A stretch of 64,000 bases of DNA. Origin: Bacteroidota bacterium (GTDB lineage: Bacteria; Bacteroidota; Bacteroidia; Bacteroidales; CAIXZF01). The notes under the pieces are model-generated. The model worked only from the letters and a program-made list of their open reading frames with translations. It was not told where the DNA came from and searched no databases. The translations under genes and the position numbers were made by a program. Below, one piece after another: positions 45,568 through 55,330 of this stretch. Position 1 is the stretch's first letter, and every line of letters begins with the position of its first letter. Location of the stretch: positions 11,505 through 75,504 of the forward strand of contig JAPLDE010000043.1 in NCBI GenBank assembly GCA_026391855.1, read 5' to 3'.

Positions 45568-45726
45568 AGTTAACCATTGAATAACAATCGTTTAACAAAT
45601 CATAATAAAACTAAATCTATAACTGTTTTGAAAATTAATGTAATGTATTTTAACTTTACTCACTTCAATCACCTCAATCACCCTTGTCGTCTTTTTCACT
45701 TCGAATATACATCAAAATCCCGAAAA

Positions 45727-47238
45727 ATGGCACAGCGACCCCGTCTTTCTTTTTGGCAGATCTGGAATATGAGTTTTGGTTTCTTTGGAATCCAGTTTGG
45801 TTTTGCGTTGCAGAATGCCAATGTAAGCCGCATTTTCGAGACCCTGGGGGCCAGGGTTGAAGACATCCCGATCCTGTGGGTGGCAGCTCCGCTTACGGGA
45901 CTGATCATTCAGCCCATCATCGGATACCTGAGCGACAATACCTGGGGAAAGTTTGGAAGACGTCGACCGTTTTTCTTCCTGGGTGCCTTACTGGCATCGA
46001 TGGCCCTGCTCATCATGCCCAATTCGCCCATTCTATGGGTTGCTGCCGGTATGCTTTGGATCATGGATGCCTCTATCAACATTTCCATGGAACCATTCAG
46101 GGCTTTTGTAGGTGATATGCTTCCTGCCCGTCAGCGGACCAGCGGTTTTGCCATGCAGAGTTTTTTTATTGGTGTCGGGGCTGTGATCGCTTCGGCCTTA
46201 CCCTATATACTGACCAATGTTTTCGGGGTAAAGAATGTGGCCCCGGAAGGCCAGGTGGTCGATTCAGTGAAATACTCCTTTTATTTTGGAGGTATTGTAT
46301 TCTTTATCAGTGTATTATGGACAGTTTTGAGTACGAAGGAGTACCCGCCGGAACAGTTGGCTGCTTTTGAGAAAGAAGAGCATCCTGAGCGATTCGGAGA
46401 AGGGGCAGGAAGGGTTGGCCAGGATCTCCTTCCTTCCGGCACTTTTATGAGAAGAGCAGCCATATGGACCCCGGTTGGACTGGTTATCTGTTTCTTTATC
46501 TGGTGGTTATCCCTGGAAAAAGAGCTATATATCCTTGGTGGCGGTCTAACTGCATTTGGAATTATGCAGCTGATATCCGGGCAACTGGCCAGGAACAGAA
46601 AGGCGGAAATGAACGGATTTTTGTGTGTTACCAATGATTTGAACAGTTTGCCCAAAGCTATGGCACAACTGGCAATAGTCCAGTTTTTTTCGTGGTTTGC
46701 CCTGTTCGCTATGTGGATCTATACCACTCCTGCTGTCACTTCCCATATTTACGGAACATCTGATACAGCTTCAGACCTCTTTAACAAGGGTGCCAACTGG
46801 GTTGGAATCATGTTTTCAGTCTATAACGGATTTGCAGCCTTAGTTGCTTTCCTGCTCCCGGTACTGGCGAAGTATACCAGTCGCAAGATCACCCATAGTA
46901 TTGCCCTTGTATGCGGCGGGCTGGGACTGGTATCCATCTTCTTCATCAAAGATCCTAACCTGCTCATTGTTTCAATGGTGGGTGTGGGATTTGCCTGGGC
47001 CAGCATCCTTTCTATGCCGTATGCCATTCTTACCGGCTCTCTGCCCCAAAACAAACTGGGTACTTATATGGGGATCTTCAACTTTTTTATTGTAATTCCC
47101 CAGCTACTGGCAGCAAGCATACTCGGTTTCTTTGTGAAAACCCTGTGCGGAGGTGAAGCCATTTATGCCCTTTTACTGGGTGGTGCATCTATGGTTGTGG
47201 CCGCAATGATGGTGGTTTTTGTTGAAGACAAGAATTAA
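45727..47238 (+). CDS. MFS sugar transporter (maltose/maltodextrin-type, GPH/SLC45-like)
   Basis: Start is chosen at MAQRPRLSFWQIWNMSFGFFGIQFGFALQ. It has 12 predicted TM helices with RRRPF in loop 2-3. PUL context supports the call. Confidence 0.85.
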   Translation: MAQRPRLSFWQIWNMSFGFFGIQFGFALQNANVSRIFETLGARVEDIPILWVAAPLTGLIIQPIIGYLSDNTWGKFGRRRPFFFLGALLASMALLIMPNSPILWVAAGMLWIMDASINISMEPFRAFVGDMLPARQRTSGFAMQSFFIGVGAVIASALPYILTNVFGVKNVAPEGQVVDSVKYSFYFGGIVFFISVLWTVLSTKEYPPEQLAAFEKEEHPERFGEGAGRVGQDLLPSGTFMRRAAIWTPVGLVICFFIWWLSLEKELYILGGGLTAFGIMQLISGQLARNRKAEMNGFLCVTNDLNSLPKAMAQLAIVQFFSWFALFAMWIYTTPAVTSHIYGTSDTASDLFNKGANWVGIMFSVYNGFAALVAFLLPVLAKYTSRKITHSIALVCGGLGLVSIFFIKDPNLLIVSMVGVGFAWASILSMPYAILTGSLPQNKLGTYMGIFNFFIVIPQLLAASILGFFVKTLCGGEAIYALLLGGASMVVAAMMVVFVEDKN

Positions 47239-47347
47239 CAGGATTTTTTCAAAAAGTATTCATTTTATTTCCATTCCGGGATGAATTTGCATCTATATAA
47301 ATAGTGGATCATAATTTTATCCACAACTTCAACCTAATAAGTGAAAA

Positions 47348-47881
47348 ATGGAAGCAAATTTAAACCTGTTACCAGAGGAAATTGTCCTTCGGAAAATTTT
47401 ACAAATAAGAGGCAAAAAAGTCTTGATTGACAGAGATTTAGCGGAATTATACGGAACTTCCGCAAAAAGACTCAATGAGCAGGTAAAGAGAAACCTGAAG
47501 CGGTTTCCAAATAATTTTATGTTTCAATTAACTGAAGATGAAAAAGATGAGGTGGTCGCAATTTGCGACCACCTATTTAAAATTAAATATTCTCCATATT
47601 TGCCATTTGCATTCACAGAATATGGGGTTTTAATGCTGGCTAATGTTTTAAACTCAGAGAAGGCAATACAAACAAGTATTCGGATCATCGAGATTTTTGG
47701 TAAACTCAGAGAAAGTTTGAAAATGCATGATGAAATAATTCAAATTATTGATAATCACGAGCATAAATTATCTGAACATGATGATGACATCCGGCAGATT
47801 TTTGAAACTCTGCGAACAATCCTTAATCCACCTCAATCACAACGTAAACAGATTGGGTTCAAGCAACAAAACAAAAATTAA
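47348..47881 (+). CDS. ORF6N (KilA-N-related) DNA-binding domain protein
   Basis: IRGKKVLIDRDLAELYGTSAKRLNEQVKRNLKRFPNNFMFQLTEDE matches the ORF6N domain pattern. The segment is AT-rich. Confidence 0.8.
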   Translation: MEANLNLLPEEIVLRKILQIRGKKVLIDRDLAELYGTSAKRLNEQVKRNLKRFPNNFMFQLTEDEKDEVVAICDHLFKIKYSPYLPFAFTEYGVLMLANVLNSEKAIQTSIRIIEIFGKLRESLKMHDEIIQIIDNHEHKLSEHDDDIRQIFETLRTILNPPQSQRKQIGFKQQNKN

Positions 47882-49242
47882 TCTTCACTCAAGGTGTAGA
47901 CCTTATAGCCCCAGGCGGTCAGCCGGAGCTTGGTGACCTCTCCCAGTGTTTCTTCCCTGTTTGAAAAGATTTCTTTGTATTTTCCCTGGATAGCTTTGGT
48001 TTTCGCCTCAACATACACCGGTTTTGGGCTCAGGTTGATCAAAACCACCACTTTTTCCTTGTCTTTCTGGCGGATAAAAGAAAGGACATGGGAAGGATCA
48101 TCGGTGATCAGCGGAATGAAGCTGCCTCCGAAAGGAGGGTTCCAGAGCGCTTTGCTGTTGTGTTTCAGCTTATTAAGCATCTGATAAAAAGGGAACAGCT
48201 CTTTGTTGCTCCAGTTGATGGTATCTTTCTCGAAAAACCTGAGCCGTTTATTGAGTCCTGCTTCCTGGCCTGAATAAAGGAGGGGCATACCCGGGAAGAC
48301 ATATGTCAGGAGGGCGAAGGCCTTGCTCCCTTCCCCGAATTTTTCGCTGACAGTACCATTCCAGGAGTTTTCATCATGGTTGGTCACGAAGTTCATTTTG
48401 ATGGCCCGTTCAGGAAAGGATTTCATATAAACCAGCTGGTAATTCATCAGGGTATCCGCCCCGGATTCCCCTTTGGCGATACGTGTCATCAGGTGGTGCA
48501 TTCTCCAGGCATAGTTCATGTCGAAGGCCTGGTCACAAAGGTTAGGTTTGTCTTCATCTTCAGCCAGCATAAACAGGTGCTTGGTCCGTGCCAGCGACAG
48601 CCTGGCTTCCACCCAGAAATCCACCGGTACCAACCCGGCTACGTCACATCTGAAACCATCAATATCACATGACTTTAACCAATACCTCATGGCTTCGATC
48701 ATGGCTTTCCTCAGGTCCTTGTTTTTATAATTCAGGTTAACGACATCTGTCCAGTCGAAAGGAGATACAAACTTTCCGGTTGAGTCTTTCTGGAACCAGT
48801 CGGGGTGGTCTTTCATCCACACATTGTCCCAGGCCGAATGGTTGGCCACCCAGTCGATGATTACCTTCATACCCAGTTTATGAGCAGATGCGACCAGGCT
48901 TTTCAGGTCCTCTTCCTTTCCGAACTCCGGATTTACCTTCTGGTAGTCCCGCACCGAGTAATAACTGCCTAGTTTGCCTTTCCGTTTCTCCATTCCGATA
49001 GGGTTGACGGGCATCAGCCAGAGAATGTCGACGCCCAGCTTTTTCAGCCGGGGCAGGTCATTTTCCACTCCTTTAAAGGTGCCTTCCGGAGTATGCTGTC
49101 TTACATTCACCTCATAGATGACAGCATTTCTGGCCCATTCAGGGTAGTTGGCCGCTTTTACATTGGCAGCCATCGGTTTTATTCCTGCCTGAAGCAATAC
49201 AGGGAAGAATAAGATCAGGGATAAGAGTTTCAGGGTTTTCAT
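47878..49242 (-). CDS. GH13 alpha-amylase-family enzyme (signal peptide, periplasmic/secreted)
   Basis: GH13 regions: I IIDWVANHSA, II DIDGFRCDVAG, III FMLAEDED, IV FVTNHDEN. Confidence 0.9.
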   Translation of the reverse strand: MKTLKLLSLILFFPVLLQAGIKPMAANVKAANYPEWARNAVIYEVNVRQHTPEGTFKGVENDLPRLKKLGVDILWLMPVNPIGMEKRKGKLGSYYSVRDYQKVNPEFGKEEDLKSLVASAHKLGMKVIIDWVANHSAWDNVWMKDHPDWFQKDSTGKFVSPFDWTDVVNLNYKNKDLRKAMIEAMRYWLKSCDIDGFRCDVAGLVPVDFWVEARLSLARTKHLFMLAEDEDKPNLCDQAFDMNYAWRMHHLMTRIAKGESGADTLMNYQLVYMKSFPERAIKMNFVTNHDENSWNGTVSEKFGEGSKAFALLTYVFPGMPLLYSGQEAGLNKRLRFFEKDTINWSNKELFPFYQMLNKLKHNSKALWNPPFGGSFIPLITDDPSHVLSFIRQKDKEKVVVLINLSPKPVYVEAKTKAIQGKYKEIFSNREETLGEVTKLRLTAWGYKVYTLSED

Positions 49243-49259
49243 TATTTGTTATTTTTAGG

Positions 49260-49343
49260 GTAGGGGCGCAATGCCTTGCGCCCCTACAGGGATATATGCG
49301 GTTGCGTGATCATGTGTGGGGGCGCAATGCCTTGCGCCCGTAC
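49260..49343. repeat. two REP-like GC-rich hairpins (49260-49287, 49316-49343)
   Basis: GTAGGGGCGCAAtgccTTGCGCCCCTAC has a perfect 12-bp stem. The second copy reads gtGGGGGCGCAAtgccTTGCGCCCgtac. Both lie between the GH31 stop and the GH13 start. Confidence 0.85.
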
Positions 49344-49348
49344 AAAGG

Positions 49349-52177
49349 TTAATTAATTATTTCAATTTTCACGGGTTTGCCATCCCAGGGGAAATGGATC
49401 TTTGTCCAATTGCCTGAAATATAATAGAATGTGCTGTCCATAATTGTAACTGTCTCAGTTTTTCCGGATGAGACAGGGATGCCATTCAGGGTAATTTCTT
49501 TTACCTTACCTGTATTCCAGACTTCCAGCATCACATCTCTTTGCCCGGGCATACCCTCCCATTGGCCTTTTTTATTAATGTTGATCCGGATGCCTTCTCT
49601 CTGCAAACTGGCCTCGTACCGGATGAGTTCATATTTGTTGTCCCTGGCTGCCAGGTTGTTCCACCCGTCATCTTCATATTGATTAAAGGAGCAATTGCCG
49701 GAAGGATAAATCCTGACGGTAAAATTATCCGAATGATAATTATCGGTAGAGCTGAGGGGCCTGGTCAGGGGAATAATGCTGCCTGCTTTGCAGAAAAGAG
49801 GCATATTTTCAAGGGTTAACGGTACTTCTGCAGTGGTTTTCCCGGGGTATTGCCTGTCGGTATAAAAATCGAACCAGTTTCCTTCTGGGAAGTAGACCTT
49901 TCTGGTGGTGGCACCCTTATCCAATACAGGGGCAACCAGAATATTTTCACCCCAGTAATATTCATCCTGGCAGCTGACGGCCTCTTTATCATCTGGATGA
50001 TAATAGAACAGCGGTCGCATCAGGGGAGAGCCGGTGGTGGAATTCTGCCAGGCCAGTGTGTAGTTGTAAGGCAGGAAACGGTAACGCAGGTTCATAGCAT
50101 TACGGACGATATCCTGTGTTTTTTCGCTGAAGAATACCGGTTCACTGGGTATTCCCGATCCATGCGGTCTGAAAATGGGCGTGAATACAGCAAACTGCAG
50201 CCACCGGATGTAAAGCTCCTCGTCTTTGACTCCCTGAGCAAACCCGCCGGCATCGGAATGGATATATCCCAGCCCGCAGATACTCATGGTAAGGAGTAGG
50301 GGGAGTTGTGCCCTGTACCCTCCCCAACTCCTGGACACGTCCCCTGTCCATGGAAAAGCTGAATAACGCTGGGAACCTGCAAATCCCGAACGCTGCAGAT
50401 GAAAAAGCCTGGTTTTTGGATAAAGTGAGGCATACTTTTCGAATAACATCCGGTCCCAGTAATGTCCATAAATGTTATGCACTTCGTCGGCTTTACCGTT
50501 AACGTGATAAAGATCAGCCGGATGGCTCTCCGGTTCGCCCAGGTCACCCCACCAGCCGGCCACCCCCTTTTTGATCTGCGCCTGGTACTTTTCCCAGAAC
50601 CAGTCGCAGGCCTGTGGCTTGAAAATGTCGATCAAACCACCCGGGCCGAAATAGAACTGGTGGTTCACATAAGCGTTGCCCAGGCTGTCGGTGGCCAGGA
50701 TCTTTTTCGCTGCGGCAATGTTGAAATTGGGTACCGAATCGATGATATAGGGTTCGGTGATCAAAATGGTCTTCACGCCTTTTTTTCTGAAATTCCTGAT
50801 CATCCCTTCCGGGTCGGGCCAGGCAGGCTTATACCAGTCGAGCCGACCCAGGTGACCCAGTATCGAATCACCAAACCAGTAGAAATCGAGGATAATGGCA
50901 TCGATGGGAAAGTTTTTTTTCTGCATCAGTGTAACGATGCTGTCCGTTTCCTTCTGGTTGCGGTATGCCATACGCGACTGCAGGTTGCCGAATGCCCAGC
51001 GGGGCGGGAGCGGCTGGCGGCCGGTGAGCCGGGTATAGGATTTCATCAGGTCAGCAAGGGAGACATCAGCCACAACAAAGTACCGTGCCGGGCCACCGAT
51101 GGCATTCCACTCCAACACTTCTGCTTCCGTTTTGCCGATATCGATCACTCCTTTTTGAGGATTATCGAACAATACGGCATACTTTTTCGATGAAAGCGTT
51201 AACGGAAGCGAATAATTGAGCATGGTAGCCCCGGTTTCATATCCGTAAAAGGGCCTGTTGTACAGCGGCAGTATAAATCCCTTTCGGTCCATGGGAATAG
51301 CCCTTTCCCCGGTGCCATAAATCTTTTCTCCGGCGGGAAGCCTGAACCTTACTCCGCTGTTGCCTGTCCGGTGATATAATCCGCATTCTTCCTTCAGGAG
51401 AGTGTCACCATTAAATATATAAGTCAGAAAGAATGGATCATGATGGGCCAGAATGGTCATTTTACCTGCACTCATCCGGGTTCCCTGACTGGTCTCCTCT
51501 ATCTTCATGGGAACAATGTCAGGTTTCAATATAACTGCATGGGACGAATCATCCCGGGTTTCACCCGATGGAAGGAACCATGCTCTGATAATATTGTCGG
51601 CATAAGGCATTACAAAAACAGTTCCCTTGTCAGTCTTAATTTTCCAGTACCTGTTAAGATTATCCTGTTCAATATTCAGTAATTTCTGCCATTGACGGTT
51701 TTCACCGGCTACTTCCCTTATGGGTGGTTTATACCCGTCTACCGGAACCAGGACATCCTCATTTTCACCGGTTTTTCCTACCAGGGTACCATCGGTATTC
51801 CTGAAAACAAAGGAAAGCTGGTTGGCTTTATCTTCGGGACGCAATCCATAAAAGGATTTAATGACCAGATTAAGGGTGTAAAGATCCTTTCCTATTCGTT
51901 TCATTTTCACCCTTTTATCATCTTTACCCCAATCACCCACCACGTATTTCCAGTCATGACCATCCAGGCTTTTGGAGGTGATAACCCCTGTATGCAGGTA
52001 AACATCCCCTGTATAGCCCATGAGTGCTTTATTCCCCTCAGCCGCATTGAAGAAGACGGTTACTGAGTCGTTAATGGAAGGACTGACAGGGTCAAGCCTG
52101 ACGATTTGAGCCTGAAGGCCTGACACCATACATAACCATAAGGTGCAGGCCATAAAAATAATTCGTATTGGTTTCAT
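49349..52177 (-). CDS. GH31 alpha-glucosidase with N-terminal accessory module
   Basis: GVAGWWGDLGEPE is in the nucleophile region and FPWTGDVSRSW is a GH31 signature. A signal peptide is present. The N-terminal ~120 aa module is shared with the amylase at 45147-45504. Confidence 0.85.
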   Translation of the reverse strand: MKPIRIIFMACTLWLCMVSGLQAQIVRLDPVSPSINDSVTVFFNAAEGNKALMGYTGDVYLHTGVITSKSLDGHDWKYVVGDWGKDDKRVKMKRIGKDLYTLNLVIKSFYGLRPEDKANQLSFVFRNTDGTLVGKTGENEDVLVPVDGYKPPIREVAGENRQWQKLLNIEQDNLNRYWKIKTDKGTVFVMPYADNIIRAWFLPSGETRDDSSHAVILKPDIVPMKIEETSQGTRMSAGKMTILAHHDPFFLTYIFNGDTLLKEECGLYHRTGNSGVRFRLPAGEKIYGTGERAIPMDRKGFILPLYNRPFYGYETGATMLNYSLPLTLSSKKYAVLFDNPQKGVIDIGKTEAEVLEWNAIGGPARYFVVADVSLADLMKSYTRLTGRQPLPPRWAFGNLQSRMAYRNQKETDSIVTLMQKKNFPIDAIILDFYWFGDSILGHLGRLDWYKPAWPDPEGMIRNFRKKGVKTILITEPYIIDSVPNFNIAAAKKILATDSLGNAYVNHQFYFGPGGLIDIFKPQACDWFWEKYQAQIKKGVAGWWGDLGEPESHPADLYHVNGKADEVHNIYGHYWDRMLFEKYASLYPKTRLFHLQRSGFAGSQRYSAFPWTGDVSRSWGGYRAQLPLLLTMSICGLGYIHSDAGGFAQGVKDEELYIRWLQFAVFTPIFRPHGSGIPSEPVFFSEKTQDIVRNAMNLRYRFLPYNYTLAWQNSTTGSPLMRPLFYYHPDDKEAVSCQDEYYWGENILVAPVLDKGATTRKVYFPEGNWFDFYTDRQYPGKTTAEVPLTLENMPLFCKAGSIIPLTRPLSSTDNYHSDNFTVRIYPSGNCSFNQYEDDGWNNLAARDNKYELIRYEASLQREGIRININKKGQWEGMPGQRDVMLEVWNTGKVKEITLNGIPVSSGKTETVTIMDSTFYYISGNWTKIHFPWDGKPVKIEIIN

Positions 52178-52179
52178 TA

Positions 52180-54021
52180 TCAGTACAGTTCAATAATAAC
52201 GGCCGATTTGGGAGGGATATCCAGGGAGGAAAAGTGATTGATCAGTTCACCGGTTAGAATGTTCTTTCCTGTGGAAAAGCCTTTCAGGTTGTCGCTGAAC
52301 CTTCCGGTTTTCAATACCCGGGCATCTTTATTATTGTTCAGAACCACCATGACAGATGATTTGTTCAGGGTTCTGAAATACACATAGATACCGTCTTCGG
52401 GAATGTAATGGATCAACTTGCCCTGCTGGACAGTGAGGTTGGTTTTTCTCCAGTTCAGGAGCTTTGCAAAGCTGGTCATTACGTCAGTTTGTTCAGTGGT
52501 AAGACCTTTACGGGTAAACGCGTTAACCGTGTCGCCTGCCCAGCCGCCGGGGAAATCGCGCCTTATCGTACCATGTCCTTCACCTGCCCATCCTTTCATC
52601 AGGATCTCAGACCCGTAATAAAACAAGGGGATACCGCGGGTGGTACATAAAAACGCAAGGGCCATGCTGACGTTTTCCGGTGATTTCAGCATTGACGCCA
52701 TCCGGTCGATATCGTGATTATCGGCAAAGATGACCAGGTCATTAGGCTGGGAATAAACGAAATCCAGGCTAAGTGTTTCATAAAGCCTGGTCATTCCGGT
52801 GCTCCAACCATCTGTCTCGGTAAACGCCTGCTGGATGGCAAACATCAGCGGGAAGTCGAAAGCATTGGTAAGAAAGGATTCGTCATGGGTTTTCCTGGGA
52901 GAGTCATGAAGCCAGTATGCCACCTGGGAAGGTGTATTCATCCAAACCTCCCCGACAACGGAGAACTGGGGATATTCCTCCCGTATCCGCTTCATCCAGT
53001 TCTTCATAAACTCTTTGTCGGAATAAGGATAAGTATCCATTCTTATTCCGTCCAAACCTGCCATTTCAACCCACCATATGCTATTTTGTATCAGATAGTT
53101 AGCAACAAAAGGGTTACGTTGGTCCAGGTCCGGCATTGTAACATCAAACCAGCCTTCAACCATTCGTTTGGTGTCATATCCGGAGGCATAGGGATCGGTA
53201 ACCACCCCGGCCCTGTAATTTGACCGGGTAAATTCAGGCCACTGGTGGACCCAGTCGGGAGTCGGCAGGTCGCTCATCCACCAGTATTGCGATCCGCAAT
53301 GATTGAACACCATGTCCATGATCACTTTCAGTCCTTTACTGTGACAAGCGGTTACCAGTCCGGCATAATCCTTATTGCTCCCAAACCTTGCATCAACCTT
53401 ATAAAAATCGGTGATGGCATATCCATGGTACGAATAGGCGGGCATGTTGTTTTCCAGGACAGGGTTGAGCCAGAGGGCCGTAAAACCTTCCCTGACAATA
53501 TAATCGAGGTGATCCAGTATGCCTTTTATATCGCCTCCATGCCGGCCATCAGGCTTTGACCGGTTGGCTTTTTCAGTCATAGACGGAAGGTTGTCATTAC
53601 TGGTATCGCCATTGGCAAACCGGTCTGGCATGACCAGGTAAATGGCATCGGAAGCGCTAAATCCCTGCCTGTCTTTCGATCCTTTTTCCCTTGATTTCAA
53701 TTCATAATCAACCTTTGCTGAAATCACTCCCTTTTCTTTAAAAATCAGGGTAAATTTTCCGGGTTTGGCATCAGCGGCCAGAAAAAGGTTGATAAAGAGG
53801 TAATTCAAACCGGCCGGTTTCACCGTTTTCACAGTGACACCCTGATAGTTAACTTCAACGCCGGATTTTCCAATCCCTTCCCCATGAATGAGCAATTGAA
53901 GGTTTTTGTTCTGCATACCGCACCACCAGAAAGGAGGATCAACATGATCGACGGAAATGCCGGCAATGGCCATAGAAGAAATTAATATAAAGAAAACCAG
54001 AAGGTTGTGCGTTTTTTTCAT
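52180..54021 (-). CDS. GH13 cyclomaltodextrinase/neopullulanase-like enzyme (SusA-like)
   Basis: The N-terminal VDHVDPPFWWCGMQN.LQLLIHG matches the cyclomaltodextrinase N-domain pattern. GH13 regions: DMVFNHCG, GLDGIRMDTYPY, VVGEVW, FADNHD. Confidence 0.9.
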   Translation of the reverse strand: MKKTHNLLVFFILISSMAIAGISVDHVDPPFWWCGMQNKNLQLLIHGEGIGKSGVEVNYQGVTVKTVKPAGLNYLFINLFLAADAKPGKFTLIFKEKGVISAKVDYELKSREKGSKDRQGFSASDAIYLVMPDRFANGDTSNDNLPSMTEKANRSKPDGRHGGDIKGILDHLDYIVREGFTALWLNPVLENNMPAYSYHGYAITDFYKVDARFGSNKDYAGLVTACHSKGLKVIMDMVFNHCGSQYWWMSDLPTPDWVHQWPEFTRSNYRAGVVTDPYASGYDTKRMVEGWFDVTMPDLDQRNPFVANYLIQNSIWWVEMAGLDGIRMDTYPYSDKEFMKNWMKRIREEYPQFSVVGEVWMNTPSQVAYWLHDSPRKTHDESFLTNAFDFPLMFAIQQAFTETDGWSTGMTRLYETLSLDFVYSQPNDLVIFADNHDIDRMASMLKSPENVSMALAFLCTTRGIPLFYYGSEILMKGWAGEGHGTIRRDFPGGWAGDTVNAFTRKGLTTEQTDVMTSFAKLLNWRKTNLTVQQGKLIHYIPEDGIYVYFRTLNKSSVMVVLNNNKDARVLKTGRFSDNLKGFSTGKNILTGELINHFSSLDIPPKSAVIIELY

Positions 54022-54197
54022 GGATGATCGGTTATGAGTGGTAAAGTTATAAAAAAGGTGATGAAGGTGATAAAGGTGATTGGGTTGGAAATTATCCGGT
54101 AAGTTAATTCAATGCTTATATTTGTCCAAGGCAATGGTAGTTTTTTTTCGGATTTGCAAGGTTGTCATTCCCGATTCTCATTTACTAAAAAAATCAA

Positions 54198-55268
54198 ATG
54201 AGAAATACTGATGTTAACTATCAGAATATCAAAGATGTAATAATTGGTTTGAAGAAAGGAGTGCCTTCGAAGGTATTGGCCATGCATTTAGAAAGGCGGC
54301 CTGACCTGGTGACTGTTTACACGGAAAGGATGAAGGGATTATATGTTGAGGATACTTCCTATACCATGTCTTTCCTGGCGGAAGCTGCAGGGACCAATCA
54401 GCCGGAACTTTTCACTGAGTATATTAACTGGGCAAAGACCTTCTTTGTGTCGATACATGTTCCACTTAAGGATGTAAGTGAAAGCCTTGAGATTATGCAG
54501 GAATGTATGCATGATCATTTTAAACAAGCTGAAAATGAGATAATTGCCAATATCATTGACAAGGGTATTTTTATCCTTGAGTCAACACAACCGGACACCT
54601 TACTGACTACTACCTTTCTGGATATACTTCCTGTTGCCCGCGATTACCTTGAATCGCTGCTGTCCGGTGACAGGCTGAAAGCGCAATTGCTTGTCAACCG
54701 GGAATATGAGAAGGGTGTCAGCGTTAAGGATATCTATCTCAATATATTCCAACCGGTGCAATATGAGATTGGTCGTTTGTGGCAGACAAATAGAATTAAT
54801 GTTGCCCAGGAGCATTACTGTTCTGCTGCCACCCAGGTGATCATGTCGCAGTTGCATCCTTATATTTTTAAGGGGAAGAGAAAGAAACGGAAGATGGTAG
54901 CCACTTGCATTCAGGGGGAGCTTCACGAGATCGGAGCGCGAATGGTTACCGACTTTTTTGAAATGGATGGATGGGATACGCATTACCTGGGGGCGAATAC
55001 CCCAACCGATGCCATCATTTATTACCTTAATTATGAGAAACCTGATTTACTGGCCATTTCCGCTACGATGACTTTCCATATCGGAGCAGTAGAAGAACTG
55101 GTCAGAAAAATAAAGCTTTCGCCCGAAGTACCTCAGAATATGAAGATTATTGTTGGGGGATATCCTTTTAAGATTGCGGGTGATCTCTGGAAAAAGATCG
55201 GGGCAGATGGTTATGCCATCAATGCCTCTGAAGCGTTGAAGATCGCATCGGATTTAGTGCATAAATAA
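54198..55268 (+). CDS. cobalamin (B12)-binding domain protein with unknown N-terminal helical domain, no DNA-binding domain seen
   Basis: The C-terminal half carries a B12-binding_2-like helix bundle (AQEHYCSAATQVIMSQL) and a Rossmann-like B12 domain with GELHEIG (E/DxHxxG), AISATM and IVGGYPF. Confidence 0.75.
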   Translation: MRNTDVNYQNIKDVIIGLKKGVPSKVLAMHLERRPDLVTVYTERMKGLYVEDTSYTMSFLAEAAGTNQPELFTEYINWAKTFFVSIHVPLKDVSESLEIMQECMHDHFKQAENEIIANIIDKGIFILESTQPDTLLTTTFLDILPVARDYLESLLSGDRLKAQLLVNREYEKGVSVKDIYLNIFQPVQYEIGRLWQTNRINVAQEHYCSAATQVIMSQLHPYIFKGKRKKRKMVATCIQGELHEIGARMVTDFFEMDGWDTHYLGANTPTDAIIYYLNYEKPDLLAISATMTFHIGAVEELVRKIKLSPEVPQNMKIIVGGYPFKIAGDLWKKIGADGYAINASEALKIASDLVHK

Positions 55269-55330
55269 TGCTGTATGAAGACGGACAGGAAGAAATTCAT
55301 GCTTCTTAGCACCAGGAAGGTGCGTCAGAA

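Noticed and set aside
50462-51193. Long plus-strand ORFs inside minus-strand glycoside hydrolase and transporter genes. Others are 33544-34137, 40813-41331, 44989-45519 and 52714-53223.
   Set aside because: All are antisense to genes with clear GH13, GH31 or SusC motifs and have no motifs of their own. They are shadow ORFs.
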